Shown in pieces: positions 19,918 through 28,568 of a DNA stretch of 37,952 nt. The notes beneath the pieces were generated by a model. The model searched no databases. It was not told the DNA's origin and worked only from the letters and a program-made list of their open reading frames with translations. The position numbers and the translations under genes were made by a program. The DNA is taken from positions 1 through 37,952 of the forward strand of contig CAVTCR010000077.1 of assembly GCA_963733195.1 (NCBI GenBank). The letters run 5' to 3'. Source of the DNA: an uncultured delta proteobacterium. GTDB taxonomy: Bacteria > Desulfobacterota > Binatia > Bin18. Position 1 is the first letter of the stretch. Each line of letters opens with the position of its first letter.

Positions 19918-20003
19918 TTAGTCGTCAGTTGTCAGTTACCAGTATCCAGTAGACGAAAGGTAGCTGACAGCTTTCTACTGACAACTGAGAACTGGCTACT
20001 GAG
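19918..20003. repeat. Inverted heptamer arrays (same family as 3051-3143)
   Basis: ttagtcg-tcagttg-tcagtta-ccagtat-ccagtag facing actgaca-actgaga-actggct-actgaga. Confidence 0.75.
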
Positions 20004-20013
20004 AGCTATTTCT

Positions 20014-21097
20014 ATGGATCTCCAGTCCGAGCGTATCTCATTGAGTGACTCCCTCGAAGCCGTCAACGATTGGTTCTATGACCAAGGGTGGACTGATGGT
20101 CTGCCTATCATACCGCCCACGTCCGAGCGAGTTGAGAGAATCTTGGCATGGACTGATCGTGACCCGCAAGACGAGCTGGGGCCAGTGCCGCCGAAGTATG
20201 GCATCGCCACGGTTGAAAAGCTGGCGATCAACGCCGTGATGGCTGGATGCTTGCCTGAATATTTTCCTGTCATTATTGCTGCGGTTGAAGCTGTCCTGGA
20301 AGATAAATTCAACCTCTATGGGGTGCAGAGCACAACGCATCCCTGTGCGCCGCTGTTGATTCTCAATGGACCGATCGCGCGAGAACTTGGCGTCAATGCA
20401 CGCTACAACGCGTTCGGCCAAGGGTGGCGTCCCAATGCAACTATTGGCCGTGCTATTCGTTTGATCCTGCTCAACGTTGGTGGAGGAGTGCCCGGCGTAC
20501 TGGATCGTGCGACCCAAGGACAACCTTCCAAGTATTCGTACTGCATTGCCGAGAATGAAGGCGAGAATCCGTGGGAACCGTTGCATGTTGAGCGCGGCTT
20601 TGCGGTTGACGCGAGTACCGTCACAGTGTGTGGGGCCGAAGGTCCACATAACATCAACGATCACGTCAGTACTGCTGCACCTGGGAATCCTCACGACGAT
20701 TGCCAGTACGATGGCTGGGATGGGATCGAACAACGCCTATGCCTTTGGTGAACCCATTCTTGCGTTAGGGCCAGAGCATACCGCAATTCTTGGACGCGAT
20801 GGCATCAGCAAAGGCGATATTCGTGAGTTCGTATTTCGTCATGCTCGTGTGCCACGTGCGCAATGGGAAGCCGGGGGAATGTTTGGTATGGGCATTGGCG
20901 AGGATGGCGCATTTCCTGGCGAATCGGCATTACCGTTGATCCGCAAACCCGAACATCTGATGATTATTGTCGCCGGCGGTCCTGGCCGACATTCGTGCTG
21001 GATGCCGACGTTCGGAGCGATGACACGATCTGTCACCCGAGCGATCACACGTCGAGATGGAACGACGGCAAAATCGATCCAAGAGTTTCGCCGATAG
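20014..21097 (+). CDS. Conserved TDGLP-motif protein of unknown function, UGSC partner (frameshift near 20685)
   Basis: GWTDGLPIIPPT, ATVEKLAINAVMAGCLPEYFPV, NATIGRAIRL and AENEGENPWEPLHVERG; the second frame gives LGPEH...IIVAGGPGRHS. Confidence 0.8.
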
Positions 21098-21238
21098 TGC
21101 GAGAGCAGATCGATAAAAAGATATGTATCCATGCATCTGAGAGCTAAGAATGATCTTCAGCATATCCAGAAAACGCAGCAAATATCCGCGTGCAGAAGAG
21201 TTTGATTGAGGCGCGGCATCGCAAGGGAGGGAAGACCT

Positions 21239-22345
21239 ATGAAGGCGTCATTCTTTTGTACAAATAGTTATCTGTCAGGGGAAGCGTTCAGCCATCATGC
21301 GTGGCCAACCCCACCGGCTTTGTTTCGGTCGGAGGTTGGGCTGCGCTCGCTTGAGGTCGCACTGGAGCAAGCCAAGCTCGCCGATGAGTTGGGTTTCGAC
21401 TGGGTGAGTTGCTCAGAGCATCACTATACGCCGTTGTTGCAAACACCGAACGCCTGTGTCTTCGCTGCGGCGTTAAGCCAGGTGGTACGCCGGGCGAAAA
21501 TTGCAGTGCTCGGGCCGCTGGTGTCGATGAACAATCCGGTGCGGATTGCTGAGGAGCTGGCGATGCTCGATCAACTGAGTGGCGGGCGACTCGTCGTGCT
21601 GTTTCTCCGTGGCACGCCTAACGAGTTCCTCGCCTACGGCACCAACCCGGACGAAACACGAGCCCGCACTCAGGAGGCCAGTGTTTTGATTACCAAGGCA
21701 CTGACCGAACCCCAGCCGTTCGGTTGGGAAGGCCGCTTCTACCGCTTCCGCACCGTCTCGGTATGGCCGGGTCCGATCCAGCGGCCGCATCCGCCACTGT
21801 ACTATTCGGGCAACAGCCTCGAATCGGCTGCTTTCGCCGCGGCCCACCATCTGGGCTTAGGCGTGTCGTTTTATCCGGCTCACATCGCTGCGCAAATGAC
21901 GAACCACTACAAACAAGAGTGCATCAAGCACGGCTGGGAGCCCACGCCTGACCAGCTTCTCTATCGTGCCTTCATCGCTGTGGGCGAAGACGACAAAGAA
22001 GCGGCTGCGCTCCAGGCCAAGTTCTTCGTCGGAGATCCAACCGGTGACTTGTTCCGTGGACGCGGCGCAGCAGTGCCGCCGCCGACACAAACTCAGGCAG
22101 GCTTTGGCCTAGGTGAGCTGCGGTTCTGCGGCAGCCCCGATACAGTCGTGCAGCAGATGAGCGACTTCCATGCCACGACAGGGGTAGGAGCGATCGATGT
22201 CGCCTTCGGGGGCGCTGGCATAACCCTGCAGGAGTCCATGAAGTCCCTGCGACTGTTTGCGACCGAGGTGCTACCCCGCATCCGTCACATCGGCGTTGGT
22301 GCAGCGCGTCAGCAAGAGAGGGCAATGGCCGCAGCCAGTGCGTAG
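21239..22345 (+). CDS. Luciferase-like (LLM) flavin-dependent oxidoreductase
   Basis: ADELGFDWVSCSEHH, NPVRIAEELAMLDQLSGGR, PIQRPHPP, GSPDTV and LRLFATEVLP. ATG follows GGAGG. Confidence 0.9.
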   Translation: MKASFFCTNSYLSGEAFSHHAWPTPPALFRSEVGLRSLEVALEQAKLADELGFDWVSCSEHHYTPLLQTPNACVFAAALSQVVRRAKIAVLGPLVSMNNPVRIAEELAMLDQLSGGRLVVLFLRGTPNEFLAYGTNPDETRARTQEASVLITKALTEPQPFGWEGRFYRFRTVSVWPGPIQRPHPPLYYSGNSLESAAFAAAHHLGLGVSFYPAHIAAQMTNHYKQECIKHGWEPTPDQLLYRAFIAVGEDDKEAAALQAKFFVGDPTGDLFRGRGAAVPPPTQTQAGFGLGELRFCGSPDTVVQQMSDFHATTGVGAIDVAFGGAGITLQESMKSLRLFATEVLPRIRHIGVGAARQQERAMAAASA

Positions 22346-22371
22346 CGGAGATTGGGAGTCAGGAGGAACAG

Positions 22372-23048
22372 ATGAGCAGCACAACGCAGAGTACCGACGG
22401 AGTCGCCGCGGCATTCGCCGAACGCCTCGTGCAGGTGGACGGGGTGGGAATTCGTTACCTGGAGGCTGGACAGGGCAGTCCTGTGGTCGTCCTTCACGGC
22501 GCTGAGAGACTGACGCAGTCTCCATTACTCACGTTGCTGGCCCAGCACTTCCAGATGATTGCTTTGGAGATTCCTGCCATTGACCGTTCGCCGGTGGATG
22601 GCCGGCCATCATCGATGCGGAATGTAGCGCGCACGCTGGCGCGGGCTGCCGCCGCGCCGGTGTAGATCACTATGTGTTGGTGAGTACCACGGACAGCGCA
22701 CCGATCGCACTCTGGCAGGCTATCGAGGCGACAGAGGGTGTTGAAGCACTCGTCCTGCTCTCGCCGACTGCGAGCGGCTTTACGAGCGATCCTGAATTAG
22801 AGCGTCGGCTAGGAGAAATGCAAGCACCTACACTCATCTTGATTGGAACGAACGACGCGGCCATCCCGCCAGAAACCGGACGCCTCTACGTCGAGCGGCT
22901 CCCCAACTGTTATTACACGCTCGTCTACGACGCTGGCCATGCTATTGCGGCAGAACGGCCGGAGGCGCTCCTCGCGGCCGTGTGCGATTTCGTCGAACGC
23001 CGCGGAGCATTCATCGTCGAGCGTAATAGTACGGCCATCAATCCATAG
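22372..23048 (+). CDS. Short alpha/beta-hydrolase-fold protein with a degenerate nucleophile elbow (frameshift near 22660)
   Basis: IRYLEAGQGSPVVVLHG, PTLILIGTNDAAIP and VYDAGHAIAAERPE; the GxSxG position reads STTDS. Confidence 0.75.
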
Positions 23049-23435
23049 TCCTGCTCAGACACACAATTCCCGACTCGCACCACAGCCCCTGGATTCTCGT
23101 CTGCGCGGGTATCCAGAAAAGGGTTTAGGGATAACTTGTACACGTGTTGAACCGTAGAGGAAGAGGCGTCTGTAGTCCCCTAGATCATCTCTAAGTCGCG
23201 GGCGCTGCAGGGGGTCGTTCGGACGTTGGGCTGCAGGATTTTGCAGCCTAACAGGAGTGAAGTCACGCTTGCAATGACAACCGCAAAAGTGATACAGGAT
23301 GAGCAGTTTTTGTGATCAACTTGTGACGCGGCGTAGTTGTGATGGGCTGCACGGCCATGCGGCAATTGCGAAGAGCATTCGGCAGCCCATATAGCGTTAG
23401 GGGCTGCGCCCGGAAAAACCGGAAAGGAGAGATAC

Positions 23436-23618
23436 ATGCTTACACAACAGCAAGTGAAATGGACCATGGAAGCCGATTATTTGCAGGCGTGCAATTGTGA
23501 CTACGGCTGTCCCTGCGAGTTCGACGCGCCTCCAACCCAGGGATTTTGTGAGGGTGTTGGGGCCTGGCGCATTAATAGGGGGCGCTATGGCGACGTGGCC
23601 TTAGATGGGCTCGGACTA
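23436..23618 (+). pseudogene. DUF1326-family protein, N-terminal fragment
   Basis: ACNCDYGCPCEF..PTQGFCEG..AWRINRGRYGDVALDGL, then unrelated sequence after the CTAG at ~23616. Good RBS. Confidence 0.75.
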
Positions 23619-23801
23619 GAGTTTCGCCTTGCACTCCCGGCCTCCTGGCTTCCTTTCCCTCATAAGTCTTTGAATAACCGGCCGAAAACATGCGAATTCC
23701 TAATTTGCTAACACGAAGCACCTGAGATGCGTGCATCAGTTTGAGTGCATCCAGGAGAGCTTCGCCGAAGCATGACCTTATCGAAGAGGCAAGGAAAGCT
23801 T

Positions 23802-24539
23802 ATGATGGAGTGGAAGACCTTTCTCATGCAAAGCGCTGTTACGTTCATAGCGGTGTTTTTGGGAATAAAGCTCTTTAGCCCAACACTCCCGGAAGTCACG
23901 GAAGTCAAGACACCCTCACCCGAAGCCCTGCTTGAACCTCTCCATGCCCTTGAAGTACGTCTCGACAAAATTGCCAATATGCTTGCAAAGCAACCACCAC
24001 CAAGGGACAGTGTGTCGGATCGCGATGCCGCCAGCATAAATATCGATGAAATTAATCGTAACTTGCGCACCATTACAGCGACACTGGCGCGACTGGAAAC
24101 CAAGGAACCCCCTGCCCCCTCAGCAGGCACGCCAACGGCTCTGGGGGGAATGCCTTTTCAATCACCATCGATTGTGAATCCTGTAGATTGGATGCAAGGG
24201 CTTCCAGAAAACAAACGCGCGCAGGTCAACGAAATATTTCGAGAGCAAACAAATATTCTCAAGGAAAAAATGGCGGCGGTATCGTCAGGGGGGAAGCCCC
24301 CTCCTCCGGAGGTATTTCACACCTATATGGAGGAGAATACCCAGGAGTTGAAGAATAAACTGCAACCAATTTTGAGTGAAGAAGAGTATCGCAGTTTCTT
24401 AGCCTCTTACCCACCCCACCACCACCGCCGAGACCGTAGGAGAGGAGTGGGTTTTCGCCGAGGGCGTTGGTGGACTGAGGGAGTACAGGTGCTAATGAGA
24501 AAGGAGGGCGTCAAAAAGAGCAACAGGAAAGAAATCTGA
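23802..24539 (+). CDS. Hypothetical membrane-anchored helical protein (true end possibly 24439, after a poly-Pro tail)
   Basis: N-terminal hydrophobic helix AVTFIAVFLGIKLF, coiled-coil-like segments, and a helical C-domain (LPENKRAQVNEIF...LQPILSEEEYRSF). Adding one C in the ccacccc run gives YPPPPPPPRP*. Confidence 0.65.
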   Translation: MMEWKTFLMQSAVTFIAVFLGIKLFSPTLPEVTEVKTPSPEALLEPLHALEVRLDKIANMLAKQPPPRDSVSDRDAASINIDEINRNLRTITATLARLETKEPPAPSAGTPTALGGMPFQSPSIVNPVDWMQGLPENKRAQVNEIFREQTNILKEKMAAVSSGGKPPPPEVFHTYMEENTQELKNKLQPILSEEEYRSFLASYPPHHHRRDRRRGVGFRRGRWWTEGVQVLMRKEGVKKSNRKEI

Positions 24540-24647
24540 GAATGTGAGCGTTCAGGAAGTCTGCTTGTAGGAATAATGATGGGCCTGTTCTACAGTGAGG
24601 ACAATCTCAACAACACTTCACTTAACTTGAAATGGGAGGAGAAGGCA

Positions 24648-25049
24648 ATGACGAAGCTTATCAGGTTTTATACACTTGTAACAATCCTCGCGACAACGCT
24701 TATGCTGAATCTTGGTGCACCACGGAAAGCAGAAGCCACATTTCCGGACGTCTTGTACTATTCTTATTATGCAAGTCTCTACGACTATTACGCAAACTAT
24801 TACAAAAACCTCGCGGTCTCCTCAGACGCGACTTACTGGTCTTTAGTTTCAGACAATGCCTACTACGCCTACATCTATGCCTACTACGCCTACATCTATG
24901 CCCCGTCTGGAACAACCACAGCCTATTGGGCATACTACTCCTATTACTACGGCTATTACCGGTACATATATGTGTACTACGAGCCGAACGATTACTTATT
25001 CGACTACTACCGTGACCTAACCTGGTATTATGCGGCCGTCCAATTGTAA
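24648..25049 (+). CDS. Secreted tyrosine-rich protein (133 aa)
   Basis: GGAGGAG RBS and a signal peptide ending AEA. By hand count, 35 of 103 mature residues are Tyr. 21-nt tandem repeat at 24856-24897 (AYYAYIY x2). Confidence 0.75.
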   Translation: MTKLIRFYTLVTILATTLMLNLGAPRKAEATFPDVLYYSYYASLYDYYANYYKNLAVSSDATYWSLVSDNAYYAYIYAYYAYIYAPSGTTTAYWAYYSYYYGYYRYIYVYYEPNDYLFDYYRDLTWYYAAVQL

Positions 25050-25151
25050 TCACGAGAAAAGAACTAGGGGACGTTGCAGGAAAATTAGGGTTATGAGCTA
25101 CTGGACCTGAACTCGCCGCCAGCGGAGAATAAGGGCTGTTGCGGCTTTTAT

Positions 25152-25186
25152 GGCCTAACTTGGCGCGCCTCGCGCCAAGTTAGGCC
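25152..25186. repeat. Perfect 16-bp inverted repeat ending in GCCTAAC/GTTAGGC
   Basis: ggcctaacttggcgcg-cct-cgcgccaagttaggcc. Confidence 0.85.
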
Positions 25187-25189
25187 CGA

Positions 25190-25564
25190 GATCTAGGGAA
25201 TGGAGGGAACTTCATGAAATAGGTCAGTGTTTCTCAGTGGGTGCGAGTTTGTGGATTCTAGTCCCACCTGAGCAACGCCTAGCCAGCAGCTCAGTAGTGA
25301 GCCCGCGTGCAGTTTCGTAAGGGGCTGTACGGAGCCGGGGGTAGCGAGACAACAGGCTGCGTCATAGAGCTCCGAAATGTGTATAGTGGTGATCCACAGG
25401 ATAATCCCCGTCGAAGCCGGGAGAAAGCCGACACTCTGGCGCGAGTGGAAGGTAGCAGTCCTGCTGGCGTAAGGGCGAGACAGGCAGGACACCACCGGGG
25501 TCTGAGGAGAGCGGAGCAGGTCGTCAGAAGGGAAACTCGGGAACTGGGGAGAGCCCTCTGTCTC
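25190..25564 (+). ncRNA. Group II intron 5' fragment (domain I-III-like; no RT ORF, no domain V)
   Basis: Ordered motifs recalled from bacterial group II intron 5' regions: agtgggtg...agtcccacc, gagctccgaaa, agccgac...ggaaggtagcagt, accaccggggtc, gggaactgggagagcc. Pattern recognition only, no covariance search run. Confidence 0.6.
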
Positions 25565-25728
25565 CTAGGGCGATTGCACTAAAAGGTGTGTCCAAAAACG
25601 AGATTAGCGAGGTACAACTCATCCCAGCCAGCCTTGAGCCGTTTGTTCTGAATCCCAAGTTTCGTGTGCGTGTCTTGGCGTAAGAGATTGAGGGCGATAT
25701 GGCGCAACATGGCGAAATTCTCAGGCCC
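25565..25728 (-). mobile_element. ISAs1-family transposase C-terminal remnant with terminal sequence
   Basis: Minus 25728-25579 reads [49 protein letters not shown], followed by TGCAATCGCCCT, an ISAs1-like end. Absent from the ORF track. Confidence 0.8.
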
Positions 25729-25730
25729 AG

Positions 25731-26110
25731 CGCCAGCGCGCCCTGCTGATGACCACGTATGGCGGTGGGTTGCGCGTCAGCGAAGTTGTGCGCCTGCGGG
25801 TCAGCGACATTGACGCCGGGCGCGGTATGCTCCGCGTCGAACAAGGCAAAGGGCGCAAGGATCGTTACACGCTACTCGGGCCCCGCCTCTTGGCGGAGTT
25901 ACGCCGCTACTGGCAGCTGTATCGGCCCACGGCCCCGTGGCTGTTCCCTAAGCAAACTAAGCCCGAGCCCATGCCCATCGTGACCGCGCAACGGATGTAC
26001 TACGCGGCCAAGGAGCGGGCAGGCATAACCAAAGCGGGGGGGTATTCATGCCTTGCGCCACGCGTTTACGACCCACTTATTTGGAAGGCGGCACGGATTT
26101 GGCAACCCTC
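25731..26110 (+). pseudogene. Tyrosine recombinase fragment (type found upstream of IS91-like transposases)
   Basis: [17 protein letters not shown] and (I)HALRHAFTTHL. N- and C-termini missing; no IntI-specific insertion. Confidence 0.8.
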
Positions 26111-26114
26111 ATCG

Positions 26115-26375
26115 CCGCCGCCCTTTGAAGTCGCCGACATCGTGCGCACGTATGGCGCGGCGTTTCGGGCCACGCATGCCGTCTCGCATGAGCAAGCCCG
26201 CGTCTTACGGGCTATTGCGCAGTATCGGACGGCCGCACTGGGCGGGCATGTTGAACACTGTGTGAGCTGGGGGACCAAGCGCGTCTGTTACGACTCGTGT
26301 CGTAATCGGCACTGCCCCAAGTGTCAAGGGAGTGCGCGGGCAAAGTAGTTAGCTGCCGAGCAGGCCTTACTGCTC
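26115..26375 (+). pseudogene. IS91-family transposase zinc-binding N-terminal remnant
   Basis: EVADIVR...LRAIAQYRTAALGGH..C...YDSCRNRHCPKCQ. A stop stands where Trp is expected (AK*LAAEQALLL) and there is no HUH/Y2 domain. Confidence 0.82.
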
Positions 26376-26476
26376 TGCCTCCCCCCTCGTGTTCTCACCG
26401 GCAGTGTCATCATTGGCAGGGAGCGTCAGACTCGATAGAATCCCCATAGCGCCGACGATCTGCGGGCCGCGGTTGC

Positions 26477-26564
26477 GTTCAACAGGATTTAAGCGCCCTG
26501 CTGAGCAGGGAGAAGAGTGTACCTTGCTTTATCCGCAGAACGGATTAAATCCTTTACGTTAGGC
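26477..26564 (+). other. attC-like site 1
   Basis: GTTCAAC ... GTTAGGC cores, aggatttaa/ttaaatcct arms and an inner ccctgct/agcaggg hairpin. The left spacer is atypical. Confidence 0.5.
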
Positions 26565-26744
26565 TCGCGTGGAGGTCAACAAAGGGAAGCAACTGTAAGG
26601 CCGGGAGGAGAAAAACATCAGCTCTGGTCGCTTGGTGGACCGCTTTGGCTCCCGCAAGGATTAACGGTAATTTACGCCTTGAATTCGGGCAAGCTAATGA
26701 ATGCAAACTTAACTGCCAAATGCATATGGGAATAGGAAAGTAGC

Positions 26745-27150
26745 ATGAGGAAACTGCATTATTTCATTTCCAGGTGGTTCATAACACTTATGCTGAGCTT
26801 TGCTGCAATGCCTGTGTTTGCAGGTGGTGCTGTTCCTGTGATGGTCGGTGGCGTTGCCAAACTCGATGCCTGCGGAGGACTCGGGGAGGTACGTGGTCTC
26901 AATCAGAGCGGCGATGGTTTTCTGGCGGTGCGCATGGGACCAGGCAGAAAATACCCAATGATTGATCGTTTGTACAACGGTAATCAAGTATACTTTTGCG
27001 ACAGTCATGGAGAATGGATAGGTATTGTTTATGGAAAACCCGCAGCAGGATTGCGGCGTAAGTTCGCCTTTGCCCAGGCGACAGCCCTACAAAGGGCCCT
27101 GTCAGTCGGGGTGGGCGCATCGAAACTGGCTGGTCTTGATCGCAGGCTAG
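26745..27150 (+). CDS. Secreted SH3b-like cassette protein (frameshift near 27040)
   Basis: Signal peptide; LDACG...GDGFLAVRMGPG...IDRLYNG..VYFCD...WIGIVY. The corrected frame continues QQDCGVSSP...YKGPCQSGWAHRNWLVLIAG*. Confidence 0.72.
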
Positions 27151-27263
27151 CTCAGGTGTCGGGTATGTATTCAAGTCCACCTCATCGATGGTATAAAGGG
27201 CTCATACTCATGCCTGAATGGTCGATTAAACCCGCGCAATAATAACTGTGGGACGAAATCTCC

Positions 27264-27360
27264 GTCTACCGTCCGGTACCAGCGCACCCGCTCCACGAAG
27301 CGGCTTGGTGTTTTCAAGTTTCGTGTGGCGGCGCGGGGCGCTAAACGCAAGGGTTAGGGC
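27264..27360 (+). other. attC-like site 2 (degenerate left core)
   Basis: GTCTACC (one mismatch to RYYYAAC), agcgc(a)cccgc/gcggggcgct, ccacgaa/ttcgtg arms, right core GTTAGGGC. Confidence 0.6.
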
Positions 27361-27398
27361 GGGCACAGACCGAGTAATGAATTCGCAAGGAGGTTACT

Positions 27399-28103
27399 AT
27401 GACAAGCGAAGCAGTCAGACGGATTCAGCAAGCGCTGAAGGGAAAAGGTTTCGATCCGGGCGAGGTTGACGGCATCTGGGGGCGCAACACCATCGCCGCA
27501 GTCAAGCAATTCCAGACGCAACAAGGTCTTGAGGTCGACGGTGTTGTTGGCCCGCGGACCACGGCGGCACTCTTCGCGGGCGCTGCCCCGGCTCCACCAA
27601 CCGCCAGCTCATTACTTCCTTGGTTTGAGGAAGCCAAGCATTTGGTGGGCACCAAGGAGGTGCTGGGAGACAAGAACAACCCGGTCATCATGGATTGGGC
27701 GACGAGCCTCGACATCAACTATGCCGGGGATGATGTCCCGTGGTGTGGGTTGTTCGTCGCGCACTGCATCGGATTGACACTGCAGCAGGAGGTCCTCCCA
27801 GGGAACCCGTTGGGCGCGCGGCAATGGGAACGATTCGGGGATGCCATCACGCCTCGCCTCGGCGCGGTGATGGTGTTCTGGCGGGAATCGCTGGCGAGTG
27901 GGAAAGGCCATGTCGGTTTCTACGTGGGCGAGGACGCTACTGCGTATCAGATCCTGGGCGGAAACCAGTCCGACAAAGTGTGTCTTACGTGGTTGGGCAA
28001 GGACCGGTTCCGCAGTGCGCGCTGGCCCAAAACCGCTACCTCCCTCACAAGCAGTCCTGTCCACAAAAACAGGGATGAGGGTCTATCGACGAACGAAGCT
28101 TAA
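27399..28103 (+). CDS. Peptidoglycan-binding domain + TIGR02594-type Cys-His amidase-like protein
   Basis: IQQALKGKGFDPGEVDGIWGRNTIAAVKQFQ..GLEVDGVVGPRT (PG-binding); DDVPWCGLFV, GHVGF and LGGNQSDKV. AAGGAGG RBS. Confidence 0.88.
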   Translation: MTSEAVRRIQQALKGKGFDPGEVDGIWGRNTIAAVKQFQTQQGLEVDGVVGPRTTAALFAGAAPAPPTASSLLPWFEEAKHLVGTKEVLGDKNNPVIMDWATSLDINYAGDDVPWCGLFVAHCIGLTLQQEVLPGNPLGARQWERFGDAITPRLGAVMVFWRESLASGKGHVGFYVGEDATAYQILGGNQSDKVCLTWLGKDRFRSARWPKTATSLTSSPVHKNRDEGLSTNEA

Positions 28104-28305
28104 GCCGTGCAATCATCGGCGCCATCCCTGTCCGCCAAAAGCTGGGGCAAACGCACATCAGTCGCCAGGGCGGAACACCCTCCAGTTCGACCGTCCACGG
28201 GCGAACCTCGGTGACCACCTTGCAGTGGTGCGGGCGACGGGGGTCTGAGACACACGCCTCTCGGTGGCGAGGGCGGACCCGCGGGGGGTGGAGTGCCCCA
28301 GGGTG

Positions 28306-28394
28306 GCCCTAACAACCGCCTGGAGCTGACTGCCTACAGCGTCTGTTCGTGCCTCGCTCCCGCTTCCGGCAGCGGCTCAGGCCCGGCGTTCGGC
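28306..28394 (+). other. attC site 3
   Basis: R'' GCCCTAAC; L'' gcctGgagc pairs with L' gctcaggc with one extrahelical G; R' GTTCGGC. Confidence 0.82.
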
Positions 28395-28426
28395 AACAAG
28401 CCAGTGCATGAGAATAGAGCCAAGAC

Positions 28427-28525
28427 GGCTAACCTGACGCGCCACCACATCGCTGCCTAATTGCGGTTCTGACTGAAGCTGAAAGGGCGCGTCTTGGCGG
28501 CTCGCGGTGCGCTTGGGCGTTAGCC
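28427..28525 (+). other. attC site 4
   Basis: GGCTAAC ... GTTAGCC; gcgc(c)acc/ggtgcgc arms. Confidence 0.72.
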
Positions 28526-28568
28526 CACGCCTTTCCAGGCTAGCTGGGAAACCGCTAAGCTTCATGAG

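Noticed and set aside
23089-23390. Riboswitch or ncRNA upstream of DUF1326
   Set aside because: Only isolated hairpins (23089-23116, 23225-23252) that look like REP-type repeats; no recognisable aptamer consensus.
23616-25090. IS terminal repeats flanking the Tyr-rich module (cctaatttgctaacac at ~23700 vs gttgcaggaaaattagg at ~25075)
   Set aside because: Only a short partial match; not enough to call a composite element without a database search.
24648-25564. Diversity-generating retroelement (Tyr-rich target next to an intron-like RNA)
   Set aside because: No reverse transcriptase and no template/variable repeat pair differing at adenines is visible.
25731-26110. Tyrosine recombinase as the integron integrase of the array
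   Set aside because: It lacks the IntI-specific insertion, is fragmentary, is co-oriented with the cassettes, and precedes an IS91-type zinc domain as in known recombinase/IS91 pairs.
26346-26348. TAG read-through (pyrrolysine) in the IS91 fragment
   Set aside because: It sits at an expected Trp (TGG to TAG) in a clearly decayed transposase.
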